A stretch of 64,000 bases of DNA from Nitrospinales bacterium (GCA_965223795.1 CBDCXL010000002.1:2368001-2432000), one strand, 5' to 3'. Counted from the stretch's first letter, positions 20,309-30,732 are shown. Notes: generated from the letters alone by a model not told the origin. Program-made: numbers and translations.

Positions 20309-21091
20309 ATAACAGACCTCTCCATAAATTAACTATTCCAAATATTGTATTGGGATCTGAACTAAAATTATAAAAAGAAATGAAAAAAGATATGGGTGAA
20401 AGATCATTCCTTATAAGAAAGCATAGATTCATATCTCAATACTAAAACCTACCTGAAATAAATATCTGCCCGTCGACACCGTATAAAGAACACCCAGATT
20501 CTACATTCCATCGTAATCTAGCTCTATCCATCAATAGGTTGCTAGATATAATGGAGTCGTGCTTGTCGCGTGTAACTCAACTCACAGCATTCCAGATTCA
20601 ATAGCAAGATTAAGAAGTATTCGAAATTCGATGAATAGGGAGATTGACTTAAAAGGCGAGACATTGGGGAGCTGGATGGAGATATGATTTATTTGATTGA
20701 AAAAAAAGATAAAATGTACAACTTCCTACAATAAGAGAGAATTTTATTTCGTGAGATTGTGTTTGTCTGCGGGGCATCAATTTAAGAAACAGGATTGATA
20801 TAGTTTGTCCACCCTTTTGCTATCGAGTGTGCTGGTGACTTTGGATTTGGGCAGGTTGCCAGCGTCGGGAGGGTGGCCGGCGAGCTTCCCTGAAATGGTT
20901 TTACTTGTAAGTTGGGATTCGAGCTGTCGGGTTTTATTGTGTGTACAATATCGTGTTGAGAATCCTGAGGACTTTGGATCGGCACTCGAATGATGCAGTT
21001 GGTAGTCTCGATCTGCTTGAATTCGGCAAGCGTTTTGCCTGCCGTAGATTAGGAATTGAGCTTTAAAATTTAAATACGGAGCGAGAAGTCC

Positions 21092-21985
21092 ATCAACACC
21101 GTAAAAAATTCGATTGCGGTTGGCGTCACCGGAGCGTCGGGTTTCATCGGTTCGCATCTGGTCAAAACGCTGGAAACCATTCCTGGTGTAACCGTGACCC
21201 GCCTTTTGCGGCCGCAACGATCCGGCAATCATGAAGCGGCCCGGCTCAATGAATTCGTAAAAGACAAACAGTTCATCTTCCACCTGGGGGGCGTGAACCG
21301 CGGTACGGAGGAAGAGATTAATACCGGCAATGTGCTCGCGACGCAAAAATTGCTGCGCGCGGTTTCGCAATATGGATCGTCGAGGACACATATCGTGTTC
21401 GCTTCTTCCGGCCAGGTGTACACACTTCCTGAAGATAAAACACCCCTGCGCGAAACCGATCGAGCGGATCCCATGTCTTTGTACGGCATCAGCAAAAAAG
21501 CCGCAGAAGACCTGATCATAGAGTCGGGTCTGCCGCACACGATTTTGCGGCTTTCCAACGTATACGGCCCCGGCTGCCGTCCGGACTACAATTCCGTGAT
21601 CGCCACGTTCTGCCACCGGGCTGCAAGCCGGCAACCTTTGACGTTGCATGGTGACGGCAGTCAGGGGCGGGATTTTGTTTATATCGACGATGTCATCCAG
21701 GCTTTTATTCTTTGCGGGGTGCAAACCGAAACTCCGCCCAACGATTGCTTCAATGTCAGTTCCGGGCGCATCGTTTCTCTCAAACAAATCATCGACACGC
21801 TCAATCAGGTGGGTGCAGAGATTCTGGTGACCCGCAAACTTAAAAGCGATCAACGGGATGATTCCTACTGCTGCGACGCCACCCGCATCCGCAGGCGCTA
21901 CGGATGGGAGCCCAGGACATCGCTTGCAGACGGATTGAAACGAACGTTGTGCGATTTTAAATTGCAATTTCCATCCACGCGATAA
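21092..21985 (+). CDS. NAD-dependent epimerase/dehydratase; start non-canonical or mutated
   Basis: In-frame GVTGASGFIGSHL lies upstream of the first GTG (21194); YGISK catalytic motif; NVYGPG; RDFVYIDD. Confidence 0.8.
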   Translation: MNTVKNSIAVGVTGASGFIGSHLVKTLETIPGVTVTRLLRPQRSGNHEAARLNEFVKDKQFIFHLGGVNRGTEEEINTGNVLATQKLLRAVSQYGSSRTHIVFASSGQVYTLPEDKTPLRETDRADPMSLYGISKKAAEDLIIESGLPHTILRLSNVYGPGCRPDYNSVIATFCHRAASRQPLTLHGDGSQGRDFVYIDDVIQAFILCGVQTETPPNDCFNVSSGRIVSLKQIIDTLNQVGAEILVTRKLKSDQRDDSYCCDATRIRRRYGWEPRTSLADGLKRTLCDFKLQFPSTR

Positions 21986-22100
21986 CTTTGAGATTCTGGG
22001 GGTGAAAATGGGATTGCTCCTATATTAAACTCAATCATGCAAACAGAAAGCGTCTCTGACGGGATTGGAATCAGTGGAAGCAATCTCAAACATTCACTGA

Positions 22101-22679
22101 ATGACTGAGAGGAGTGCACATACAGTGATAAAGAGTGTTAAGGGCGTGTTGATTTACACAGGCATTGTCCTGTTTGTTTCGATCGTGTATTTCATCTACG
22201 CATACACAATGTATCCGCCAACGCCCGAGCGGGAAACGTTTCTGAGCGAGATAGGCGAGGGTTTTGGTGAGGCAGGGCTATGGGCCCTGCTTATTATATA
22301 TGCTCGCACCGTATTGAAACTGGCGATCGGCAAAGACTCATTTATAAAGCGTCTTCTCCCGGACGATGCTCCGCTCCCCGGCGCGTCCATCCCCAAGCGG
22401 TTGCTTGGTTTTTTAAATCGAACCCATGTCTATGTCGGGATCGCGGCCGTTGCAATTATCCTGCTGCACATCGCGCTGGTGGGAATGTCGATGAAGATAT
22501 TATTCTTTCCGGCAGTATTGGCGCTGGTCCTTTGGCAGGGATTGTTTGGTTTGTTTCTGACATGGAAGTATTCACCAAAAGAATTGAAGAAATTTTCCTA
22601 TCTTGTCCACGCTCAGTTCCTGACAGGGATCATGATTGGTATTTTTTCTTATTTTGGACATCTGCTGATTGATGATTGA
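22101..22679 (+). CDS. Polytopic membrane protein with four TM-associated His (possible di-heme b protein)
   Basis: About 5 hydrophobic segments; THVYVG...ILLH and LVHAQ...FGH. Confidence 0.55.
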   Translation: MTERSAHTVIKSVKGVLIYTGIVLFVSIVYFIYAYTMYPPTPERETFLSEIGEGFGEAGLWALLIIYARTVLKLAIGKDSFIKRLLPDDAPLPGASIPKRLLGFLNRTHVYVGIAAVAIILLHIALVGMSMKILFFPAVLALVLWQGLFGLFLTWKYSPKELKKFSYLVHAQFLTGIMIGIFSYFGHLLIDD

Positions 22680-22976
22680 CGAGTTGCACACTCTGAAAAA
22701 AAATCGTCACCCCATTCTTTTTTTGAACATCGACTGTGCGCGCAGGACTTGAAGCAGACCGTTTCAACGAATCACAATCGGAATGGCCTGCATCATGATT
22801 TCGGATGGCGAAACGAATTGAATTGCAATAGCAGCAATACGCTGATGCCGGTAACGCACCGGAAGATTTTCAGGAATTCAGCGGCCTGCCTGGATGCCTG
22901 TCTGCTCCACGTCTGCAGACGTTTTTCTAGTTACAACCCTCGTTGTTTCCTTTTTAAATTATAGTCACCCGGGCTA

Positions 22977-22992
22977 TGGCATCTAAATTGCT
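22977..22992 (+). promoter_or_regulatory. sigma54 -24/-12 promoter upstream of trkH
   Basis: TGGCAT-CTAAA-TTGCT, about 45 nt before the ATG. Confidence 0.75.
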
Positions 22993-23037
22993 CATTAAGG
23001 GTATGGGCGTCGTAATGGTTGAAATCCACCACATCTC

Positions 23038-24510
23038 ATGAGCGTTTCTGCAAACCGGGCCGTGTTTTTTGCGGTCCGTTCCGGTGTCCTGATTCGCTAT
23101 TTATGCCTGTTCATTGGGGTTTTCGGCGTATTGTCCTGTGTCCCTCTTGCGGTGGCGGTCATGACCGGCGGTTGGAAATCGGCCGGACTCCAGTCCGGCG
23201 TGGTGGTTGTGGCCCTGCTGATGGGGGTTTTCGGCATCCTTGCCACTCGAAATAAAACGATTCGACTGCAGCGCAACGAGTCTCTCGCTCTGGTGGCTCT
23301 GGTTTTCATCGTCCTTCCCCTCATTCAGTCGATTCCGGTCATGGGTTTCGGCATTCCGTTTGTCGACGCCTGGTTCGAAGCGGTTTCCGGGGTCACGACG
23401 ACGGGCCTGTCCACACTCGGCACCATCGAGGACAAACCCGTCTCCTTTTTGTTTGCGCGCGGCTGGATGCAATGGGTGGGCGGACTGGGCATCGTCGTGC
23501 TGGCCCTGGCGCTGGTGCTTCAGCCGGGCCTGGTCACGCTGAAATTGGGGTTCAACTCCCGGGAAGTGGAAGACGTGGTCGGGGGAACCCGCGCGCACGC
23601 GCGGCGCATCCTCATCGTCTACGTCATTCTGACCATGGCGATTGTCCTGGCGTTGCTGGCCTCCGGCAGCGGCATGACGGACTCCTGGGTGCACGCGATG
23701 GCGGCGATATCGACCGGGGGGTTCGCCAATCACGACGACAGCCTTGCCGGTGTTTCGACGCTGCAGCGCGGCATCGTTCTCGCCGGCTGTCTTGCGGGGG
23801 CGGTTTCGTTTCATCTTTATTACCGGCGGCAATTTGCCAACTGGGGCAAGGTGTTCGGCGACGTGCAGTTTCTTCTATTGCTCGGGCTGATCGCTGTGGT
23901 GACGGCGCTGCTGTATGTGTCTCTGTCGCACAATCCTGCGCTGAGCCCGCTGGCGCGTGGTGAGCAGGCTTTATGGATGGCGGTTTCGGCGCAGACAACA
24001 GCAGGGTTCGCGACGATGCCGCCGCAGGAGATGGGTCCCGGATCACTGGCCGTCTTGAGCCTGGCCATGCTCATTGGAGGCGGGTTGGGTTCGACCGCGG
24101 GAGGCATCAAGGTCCTGCGTCTGATGATCGTTTTGCGGGTGGTTCAGCTTTACATGCAACGGTTGTCCGCATCCCGCAACGCGCGCATCGCGGACCGCTT
24201 TCTGGGCACGCCGCTCACTAGCAGCGACATCCAGGGCGTCCTGGCGGTGTGCATGGCTTACGCGGCGACACTGCTGGTTTCCTGGCTGATGTTTCTGCAT
24301 CACGGCCACGATCCTCTGCGCGCGCTCTTTGAGGTCAGTTCTGCGCTTGGCACCGCAGGGCTTTCCGCCGGTCTCACAGGACCGGAACTGGATCCGGTGC
24401 TAAAAATCGTTTTGATCGTCAACATGACCATTGGACGGGTGGAGGCCCTCGCCGTTTTTGTTCTGTTGACGCCCAACAACTGGTTGGGAAAGAGGAGGAA
24501 CGTGCAATGA
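23038..24510 (+). CDS. trkH: Trk K+ uptake membrane subunit
   Basis: FEAVSGVTTTG, QWVGGLG, STGGF, TTAGF, GSTAGGIK, SALGTAG, GRVE. Confidence 0.92.
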   Translation: MSVSANRAVFFAVRSGVLIRYLCLFIGVFGVLSCVPLAVAVMTGGWKSAGLQSGVVVVALLMGVFGILATRNKTIRLQRNESLALVALVFIVLPLIQSIPVMGFGIPFVDAWFEAVSGVTTTGLSTLGTIEDKPVSFLFARGWMQWVGGLGIVVLALALVLQPGLVTLKLGFNSREVEDVVGGTRAHARRILIVYVILTMAIVLALLASGSGMTDSWVHAMAAISTGGFANHDDSLAGVSTLQRGIVLAGCLAGAVSFHLYYRRQFANWGKVFGDVQFLLLLGLIAVVTALLYVSLSHNPALSPLARGEQALWMAVSAQTTAGFATMPPQEMGPGSLAVLSLAMLIGGGLGSTAGGIKVLRLMIVLRVVQLYMQRLSASRNARIADRFLGTPLTSSDIQGVLAVCMAYAATLLVSWLMFLHHGHDPLRALFEVSSALGTAGLSAGLTGPELDPVLKIVLIVNMTIGRVEALAVFVLLTPNNWLGKRRNVQ

Positions 24511-25184
24511 GAGTGGTGTTCGTGGGAGCCAGCACACTCACCGTGGTCACGGCCCGGCTGGCCATCGAGAAAGGGCACGAAGTGGTGATCGTGGAACTCG
24601 ATCAGGAAAGGATCGACGCACTGAGCGGGGAGCTGGATTGCGGCTTCATTCAGGGAGACGGTTCGTTTCCGGCGATCCTGGAAGAGGTGGGGCCGGAAAA
24701 CACCGATTTTCTCATCTGCCTCACAGACAACGATCAGGACAACATCCTCGCGTCCCTGGTGGGGCAGGAAATGGCGTTCGACCGGGTCATCACGCGAATC
24801 GAGAATCCGGATTTCGACACGGTCTGCAAACAATTGAAGCTGGAAGATGTGTTCAATCCGGACCGGCAGGTGGCGGACATGCTGCTCGATCGGGTGGAAG
24901 GCCACAAGCACGCACGCAACGCGACGGAACTCAAGGGCGACTTGTCGTTTTTCAGGTTTCAGGTCGTCGAGGACACCGCAAAGAAACTCGATGCGCTCGA
25001 CCTGCCTGAAGACGCGCAAGCCCTCTGTGTCGAGCGGGGCGAGCAGGGCTTTCTGATCGGCGATCTCGAAGCGCTGGAGGAAGGCGATGTCGTGACTGTG
25101 ATCACCCGTAAGGAACGCATCGAGGAGCTGGCTTCGAAATTCCAGCTTCCTCATCAATCCAGCAACAACCAGAAGGAAGACTGA
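24507..25184 (+). CDS. trkA: TrkA family K+ uptake regulatory subunit (RCK)
   Basis: RCK_N motifs (GHEVVIVE, GDG, TDNDQDN); ATGA overlap with trkH. Confidence 0.88.
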   Translation: MRVVFVGASTLTVVTARLAIEKGHEVVIVELDQERIDALSGELDCGFIQGDGSFPAILEEVGPENTDFLICLTDNDQDNILASLVGQEMAFDRVITRIENPDFDTVCKQLKLEDVFNPDRQVADMLLDRVEGHKHARNATELKGDLSFFRFQVVEDTAKKLDALDLPEDAQALCVERGEQGFLIGDLEALEEGDVVTVITRKERIEELASKFQLPHQSSNNQKED

Positions 25185-25185
25185 C

Positions 25186-26157
25186 ATGGCATCCCCCCTG
25201 TTGACACAGGCGAACGACACAAAAGAGAAGGCCCAGGACGACGCTGCGGAAAAATCCATCATCGAAGCGCCGGATTCGATTGCGGATGTGGCCGAAACGC
25301 TGCAGGCGACCCTGGTCAACATCTGGAAAAGCTTTTTGCAGCATACGCCCTATCTCTTCGCCGGGGTGGTGGTGCTGCTTTTGACCTGGATCATCGCGGC
25401 GCTGTTTTCCAAGCTCGGGCACCGGTTGTTCGAATACAAACAGATCCGCAGGTCGCTGGAGGATCTGATCATCCGCATCATCACCATCGGCATCTGGATC
25501 GGAGGGCTGCTGCTCGCCGCGATGTTCTGGTTCCCGGGACTCACGCCCACCACCGCGCTGGGCGGTCTGGGCATCGCCTCCATCGCTATCGGTTTCGCGT
25601 TTCAGGATATCTTCGAAAACTTTTTCGCGGGCATTCTGCTGCTCTGGCGTTTTCCGTTTGAACGCGGCGATTTCATCGAATGCCAGGACATCATGGGGCG
25701 CGTGGAATCCGTGGACGTGCGCATGACGCAGATCCGGCTCACCACCGGCGAGCTGGTCCTCGTTCCCAACTCCACGCTGTTTAAAAATCCGGTGCAGGTT
25801 CTCACCAACAAGCCGCACCGGCGCATCACGATCACCACCGGTGTGGCCTACGGTGAAGACGTGGCCGAATCGGTCGCGGTGGTCGAAAAGGCTGTCAAAA
25901 ACTGTGAGACCGTGAAAACGTCGGAACCGGTCGAGATTTTCCCCAAAGCCTTCGGCTCCAGCAGCATCGATATCGAAGTCACCTGGTGGACGGGAAACAA
26001 GCCCCTCGACATCCGCAAATCGCGCGGCGAGGTCGTCACCGCTGTCAAGCAGGCGCTGGACGACGCCGGGATTGAAATTCCCTTTCCGTACCGCACGCTC
26101 ACTTTCAAGGAACCTCTGGTCACGCAATCGCACAATTCCGGCGATGAGTCCCAATGA
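25186..26157 (+). CDS. Small-conductance mechanosensitive channel (MscS family)
   Basis: GFAFQDIFENFFAG, PFERGD, VPNS, GIEIPFP. Confidence 0.92.
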   Translation: MASPLLTQANDTKEKAQDDAAEKSIIEAPDSIADVAETLQATLVNIWKSFLQHTPYLFAGVVVLLLTWIIAALFSKLGHRLFEYKQIRRSLEDLIIRIITIGIWIGGLLLAAMFWFPGLTPTTALGGLGIASIAIGFAFQDIFENFFAGILLLWRFPFERGDFIECQDIMGRVESVDVRMTQIRLTTGELVLVPNSTLFKNPVQVLTNKPHRRITITTGVAYGEDVAESVAVVEKAVKNCETVKTSEPVEIFPKAFGSSSIDIEVTWWTGNKPLDIRKSRGEVVTAVKQALDDAGIEIPFPYRTLTFKEPLVTQSHNSGDESQ

Positions 26158-26204
26158 AGGACCGGCGCTGTAGGGATCGAACCTTAAACCGACAGGACGT
26201 TAAA

Positions 26205-26963
26205 GTGAAAAACTCTTTTCTGTTTTGCCTGATGCTCGCTGGATTTCTCACCGCGCACGCAGAAGCCGGCATTGAAAACCGGCCCCTCAATACCGACGAT
26301 GCCGACACGCTGCCCATGGACACCGGCACGGTGGCGTTCGGCATGGCCTATGTGAATGAAGCCAACGGCACCGACGTGCTCGATTTCCCGCTCGATCTGG
26401 GTTTTGGCGTGCGCGAGAATTTCGAGATCACCGTGAACATCCCGTTTTCTTATGTCAATCCGGAACCGGGACCGGATGTGGCCGGGTTTGCGGACATCTC
26501 GATCCGTCCGGAACTGAAATTTATGGAAGAGACGGAAACCCTGCCGGCGCTGTCGTTCGCGACCGTGTTCAAACTGGACAACGGCGACGAGGGCCGCGGC
26601 CTGGGTTCCGGAGACGTGGATTACTCTCTGTCCCTGCAGGCGAGCAAGCGGTTCGCACCGGTGATCCTGCACGTCAACCTCGGTTACACTTTCACCGGTG
26701 AGCCGCGCGGCGTCGAACGCGATGACGTGCTGTTCTACAACTTCGGCGCGGGCTACACGGTCAGCAAAGCGTTGACTCTGGTCGGGGAGATCGTCGGCCA
26801 GACCAATTCGGACCCCAGCGGGGACGACGACCTGTGGGAGTGGCTGGGGGGATTCATCTATCAGCCGGTTAAAAACTATGCATTCGATGCAGGGTTCGGA
26901 ACCGGACTCACCGGGTCCAGTCCCGACGTGCGCTTCACCATCGGGATGACGCATTTTTTCTAG
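26205..26963 (+). CDS. Putative outer-membrane beta-barrel/transporter
   Basis: Signal peptide, RPLNTDDA, GLGSG, alternating beta-strand pattern, C-terminal Phe. GTG 26205 chosen as the likely start. Confidence 0.65.
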   Translation: MKNSFLFCLMLAGFLTAHAEAGIENRPLNTDDADTLPMDTGTVAFGMAYVNEANGTDVLDFPLDLGFGVRENFEITVNIPFSYVNPEPGPDVAGFADISIRPELKFMEETETLPALSFATVFKLDNGDEGRGLGSGDVDYSLSLQASKRFAPVILHVNLGYTFTGEPRGVERDDVLFYNFGAGYTVSKALTLVGEIVGQTNSDPSGDDDLWEWLGGFIYQPVKNYAFDAGFGTGLTGSSPDVRFTIGMTHFF

Positions 26964-26997
26964 ACCCGGTATGAAACGAGGAAACGGAATGCCGGGC

Positions 26998-28383
26998 TCA
27001 CTCGCTCGGCGCATCGGCATCGAGCAAATCGTCGCCTTTTTCTTTGCTGCGTTCCTCCGCCACTTTTTCTTCCATTTGCGTGTCTTTGTCCGTGTCCGAA
27101 ATCTCGATGGAGCGCGAAGGACCCGGCCTGGAAGGATCGGGTTTGCCGGAGGCGGATTGGGATTTCATGGGAACGATTTTTTCATTGGCGGGTGCGGCGG
27201 ATTGTTCCAGCCGCAGGCGATAGATCGGTTCCGGAAGCTCCATACCGCCGTTCTCCAATGCCGACTTCGTCAACCGGATCGCCTCACTGCGCGCAGAGAA
27301 CAGGCTGGTCTTTCTCTGGTCGATCCAGCCCGCGAACCAGAGAATCACACTGGAGTCGCCCACGGTTTCAATCCAGCCCAGCGGCTTGGGATCGTCGAGG
27401 ACAAACTCCAGCCGTTTGAGCGTGTCCAATCCCAGATCCACCGCCTTTTTGAGGTCGGCATCCGCGTTCACGCCGAGGGTGAATTCGAACCGCCGGTCGG
27501 GGTGGCTGCTGAAATTTTTAATCACTCCCTTGAATACCCTGGAATTGGGAATGCGGACGTGATTGCCGTCGAACGTCAGCAGGATCGTCGCCCGGGACGT
27601 GAGCCGGATGACGTGACCTTCATATTCCTCAATCATCACGTGGTCGTTAGGGCGAAAGGGCTGCCGAATGCTGAGTAGAATGCTCGCGATGTAATTTTCG
27701 ATGGTGTCGCGGACGGCAAACCCGAAAGCCAGTCCAACGATTCCCGCCGCTCCGAGCAACGTTCCCAACAATGCGGTGGCCCCCAGGATGTCCAGCGCTG
27801 CCACCAGTCCCAGGATGATGAATACCAGCCGCACCAGCTGACGAATGAGATCGGCAAGAAACGCATTGGGTGCGATCCGATTCCAAGGATTGTCGAGCCG
27901 GGCGATCCAGAGTCCCAACAGCACACAGGTGAGGAAGGCGGCGACCGCCACACCGAACAAGGGCAGTAGCCGGATGCCTTCCTGCGCCCGGTCGAACAGT
28001 TTTTCCAGCGCCGGGGCCAGACGCTCTTCCACAGATGTTTCCTGCCGGATTTCATTGTTGATGGTCGCCACGCCTTCGATGCGCGCGGTGAGTGTTTCCG
28101 CCTGACGGATGGTTTCCGTGTCGATGGCGCTTCCTTTTAATGTCACCACTCCTGCGTTCACTTCGACGGTAACGTTACGCAGCGTTTCGATCTCATCGAA
28201 TATGGAACGGATGCGTTCGTGGATCGCCTGATCCGATTGAGCCGTGTGCTCCAGTTCAATTGCGGGCGGCGCGGGCTCTTTTCCATTTTCGTCCTGCGCG
28301 TGCGCGGGGTTAAAGAGAATGAGCGCCCACACTGCTTGAGCCAGAAAATAAGAAAGACTTACGGTGACGGCAAAGCTTCGCAT
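26998..28383 (-). CDS. MscS family channel with N-terminal BON-like domain
   Basis: VEVNAGVVTLKG...GVATINNEI (BON); GFAVRDTIENY; PFRPND; IPNS. Start at 28383 is supported by the upstream sigma54 site. Confidence 0.88.
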   Translation of the reverse strand: MRSFAVTVSLSYFLAQAVWALILFNPAHAQDENGKEPAPPAIELEHTAQSDQAIHERIRSIFDEIETLRNVTVEVNAGVVTLKGSAIDTETIRQAETLTARIEGVATINNEIRQETSVEERLAPALEKLFDRAQEGIRLLPLFGVAVAAFLTCVLLGLWIARLDNPWNRIAPNAFLADLIRQLVRLVFIILGLVAALDILGATALLGTLLGAAGIVGLAFGFAVRDTIENYIASILLSIRQPFRPNDHVMIEEYEGHVIRLTSRATILLTFDGNHVRIPNSRVFKGVIKNFSSHPDRRFEFTLGVNADADLKKAVDLGLDTLKRLEFVLDDPKPLGWIETVGDSSVILWFAGWIDQRKTSLFSARSEAIRLTKSALENGGMELPEPIYRLRLEQSAAPANEKIVPMKSQSASGKPDPSRPGPSRSIEISDTDKDTQMEEKVAEERSKEKGDDLLDADAPSE

Positions 28384-28419
28384 TGAGACCTTCCAGAGAA
28401 AAATTCTTTTTTTTAAGCA

Positions 28420-28435
28420 AGCAAAATCATTGCCA
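28420..28435 (-). promoter_or_regulatory. sigma54 promoter for BON-MscS
   Basis: Minus strand reads TGGCAA-TGATT-TTGCT. Confidence 0.7.
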
Positions 28436-28672
28436 CAAAAGATTCCGGATGCAGGAGCATGCCGAACTTGAAACTGAGAATGTATTCCGGATCGTTTGTT
28501 TATAGCACACCGAAGGAATCCCGGAGATCCCGCGGATGGCATGAATCCCGGTTCGTTATCGAGATAAATAAGAAGCGATTACCACCATGCCTGGTGCATT
28601 TAAACCACTTCGCAAAGCGATCCCAATGGGAGCCAGGCACCCATTGTCTTATTCAAGAACACTTTAAGAAGA

Positions 28673-28688
28673 TGGCACCGGTCTTGCT
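28673..28688 (+). promoter_or_regulatory. sigma54 promoter for yqaE-like gene
   Basis: TGGCAC-CGGTC-TTGCT, a consensus match. Confidence 0.8.
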
Positions 28689-28777
28689 TTTAGACGGATG
28701 ACCATACAGGCCAATCTATTTTTTGGGGGACTCCTATGCAAAAGCATGGCTCTCACATTCAAACAAAAGAGGAACAC

Positions 28778-28942
28778 ATGGCGGACTTTCTTCGTATTCT
28801 GCTGTCGATCCTGCTGCCTCCACTCGGTGTCTTCATGCAGGTGGGGATTGGCAAGCATTTCTGGATCAATATTCTTCTGACCATCCTGGGCTACATCCCC
28901 GGGATCGTGCATGCCGTCTGGATCATTGCCAAACGTGGATAA
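28778..28942 (+). CDS. yqaE: YqaE/Pmp3 family small membrane protein
   Basis: MADFLRILLSILLPPLGV...INILLTILGYIPGIVHAVW; RBS GAGGA. Confidence 0.92.
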   Translation: MADFLRILLSILLPPLGVFMQVGIGKHFWINILLTILGYIPGIVHAVWIIAKRG

Positions 28943-29108
28943 TGGCTTTCTATCCTCTTTCCGAATGACATCCAATAAAAAAGTGTGTTGAAGCATCTAT
29001 CGGTTTCGGCGGCCGCAACTCTGGGTGATTACCACCACGCTGTGGAATACGCCGATACTGCTCTGCATACGAAGCATGAATCAAAAGGGATTAGGCAGAC
29101 GGAGTTTT

Positions 29109-29124
29109 TGGCATACCTCTTGCT
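29109..29124 (+). promoter_or_regulatory. sigma54 promoter for DUF1328-csbD-csbD-osmY
   Basis: TGGCAT-ACCTC-TTGCT. Confidence 0.78.
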
Positions 29125-29216
29125 CTTTTCAGGATTAAAAAAACGAATCTGTCAGAGACGAGTCCCGCTTCGAATGTCTGTATGACCCGATCGGGCACAA
29201 GAACAGGAGAGACACC

Positions 29217-29390
29217 ATGCTCAATCTTGCCATTTTGTTTTTTGTCATCGCGCTGATCGCAGGCGTGTTTGGTTTTGGCGGCATCGCCGGAACCGCTGCC
29301 GGTATCGCGCAAACTCTTTTTTACATTTTTGTGATTCTGCTTTTGATTTCCATCGTCGTGCATTTTGTCCGGAGACAGCGTCCCCTGTGA
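29217..29390 (+). CDS. DUF1328 (YtjA-like) small membrane protein, not in ORF track
   Basis: Manual translation [38 protein letters not shown]...RRQRPL (57 aa); RBS AGGAG. Confidence 0.9.
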   Translation: MLNLAILFFVIALIAGVFGFGGIAGTAAGIAQTLFYIFVILLLISIVVHFVRRQRPL

Positions 29391-29439
29391 ATCCATAAAC
29401 GTGTTTAGAAATATGCAACCTTACAAGAAAGGATGAATC

Positions 29440-29646
29440 ATGAACAAAGACATCGCTGAAGGAAAATGGAAACAGCTTAAAGGCAAAGTGAAAGAAACCT
29501 GGGGCAAGCTTACGGATGATGAAATCGACCGGATCAACGGTCAAACCGAACAGCTCACAGGTATGATCCAGGAAAAATACGGCGTATCACGGGAAGAAGC
29601 GGAAGAGCAGGCGGAATCGTTTCGAAAGAGCAACGGCTGCGATTGA
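29440..29646 (+). CDS. CsbD/YjbJ family stress protein
   Basis: GKWKQLKGKVKETWGKLTDDE...IQEKYG. Confidence 0.93.
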   Translation: MNKDIAEGKWKQLKGKVKETWGKLTDDEIDRINGQTEQLTGMIQEKYGVSREEAEEQAESFRKSNGCD

Positions 29647-29688
29647 GAACCGCTTCACACGCTGTCATGCAATCCCACAAGTATTTGA

Positions 29689-29916
29689 GTGAATCTTATG
29701 AACAGGAACAACGATCGAATCTTGTCGGATAAATTCAACAAAATGATTCAGGATACCTGGTGCGAATTCACGGATCAGGAAATTGAATCGATCCAGGGAG
29801 AAGTCGACCGCCTGGCCTTGGCTCTTCAAAACAAGTACAGCACCTCGCCTGAAGAAGCAAGACGGCAGGCGGAGTTGTTCAAAAGCCGCTTTTTAACCTG
29901 GAATCGTCAACCTTAG
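29689..29916 (+). CDS. Divergent CsbD-like protein
   Basis: IQDTWCEFTDQEI...LQNKYS...EEARRQ; tandem with csbD. Confidence 0.7.
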   Translation: MNLMNRNNDRILSDKFNKMIQDTWCEFTDQEIESIQGEVDRLALALQNKYSTSPEEARRQAELFKSRFLTWNRQP

Positions 29917-29939
29917 ATTTAATCAATAAGGAATACACT

Positions 29940-30608
29940 ATGAATAAAAAGATCATCGACAATGCAGGATTTGGTTTTAAATCCGTTCTCTCTGTGGCTT
30001 TTGCCGCGATCCTGATCCTGGCGGGTACCGGCGTTCAGGCATCGGACGGGTCCAAGCATGAGAAATCGGACAAGGATTGTCAAACCATGGCGGATAAAGG
30101 CAAAGACACCTGGATCCAGGGAAAACTGGAAGCCGCCTACCTGTTGAACAAACATCTCAACTCCATGGAAATCGACACCGTGGTGAAAAACAACACTGTA
30201 TTTCTTTCCGGCAACGTGGACACGGATGTCGAGAAAGACCTGGCAGGTGAAATCGCCAAAAGCATCGAAGGCGTGGATGAAGTGGAGAACAAGCTGACCG
30301 TGCGTCCTGACCGTTTCAAAAAGAACAAGGATAAGACCGCGAAAAGTGAAGAAGACGAAAACGGTGAAAGAGACTTTGCGCAGAAAGTGAAGGACGCCAC
30401 CATCACCGCTGCAGTTAAAGTGAAACTTCTGACCAACTCCAACACCGACGGCAGCGACATCAACGTGGACACCGTGCGTCAGACCGTGACCCTGCAGGGG
30501 AAGGTGCATTCTCCAGAGGAGAAGGATCTCGCGGAAAAAATCGCCATGAACACGGATGATGTTCTCAAGGTGACCAATGAGTTGAAGGTGGACACATCGA
30601 AGGAATGA
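29940..30608 (+). CDS. OsmY-like double BON domain periplasmic protein
   Basis: Signal peptide; two BON repeats (DTWIQGKL...VENKLTV and DATITAAVK...VTNELKV). Confidence 0.92.
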   Translation: MNKKIIDNAGFGFKSVLSVAFAAILILAGTGVQASDGSKHEKSDKDCQTMADKGKDTWIQGKLEAAYLLNKHLNSMEIDTVVKNNTVFLSGNVDTDVEKDLAGEIAKSIEGVDEVENKLTVRPDRFKKNKDKTAKSEEDENGERDFAQKVKDATITAAVKVKLLTNSNTDGSDINVDTVRQTVTLQGKVHSPEEKDLAEKIAMNTDDVLKVTNELKVDTSKE

Positions 30609-30613
30609 GTGTT

Positions 30614-30732
30614 CTCCCCGACTCACTGGAGAGGGCCGCCAGTCCAGCCACTGGCGGCCCCCTCTAACTGAATGAATGGGCGTCCTCCCCGACGCTCGGG
30701 AGAGAGCCGCCAGACCAGCCCCCGGGCGGCCC
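30614..30732 (+). repeat. Imperfect tandem duplication of a ~47-nt two-hairpin unit
   Basis: CTCCCCGAC..GGAGAG(G/A)GCCGCCAG(T/A)CCAGCC..GGCGGCCC at 30614-30660 and 30685-30732. Confidence 0.7.
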
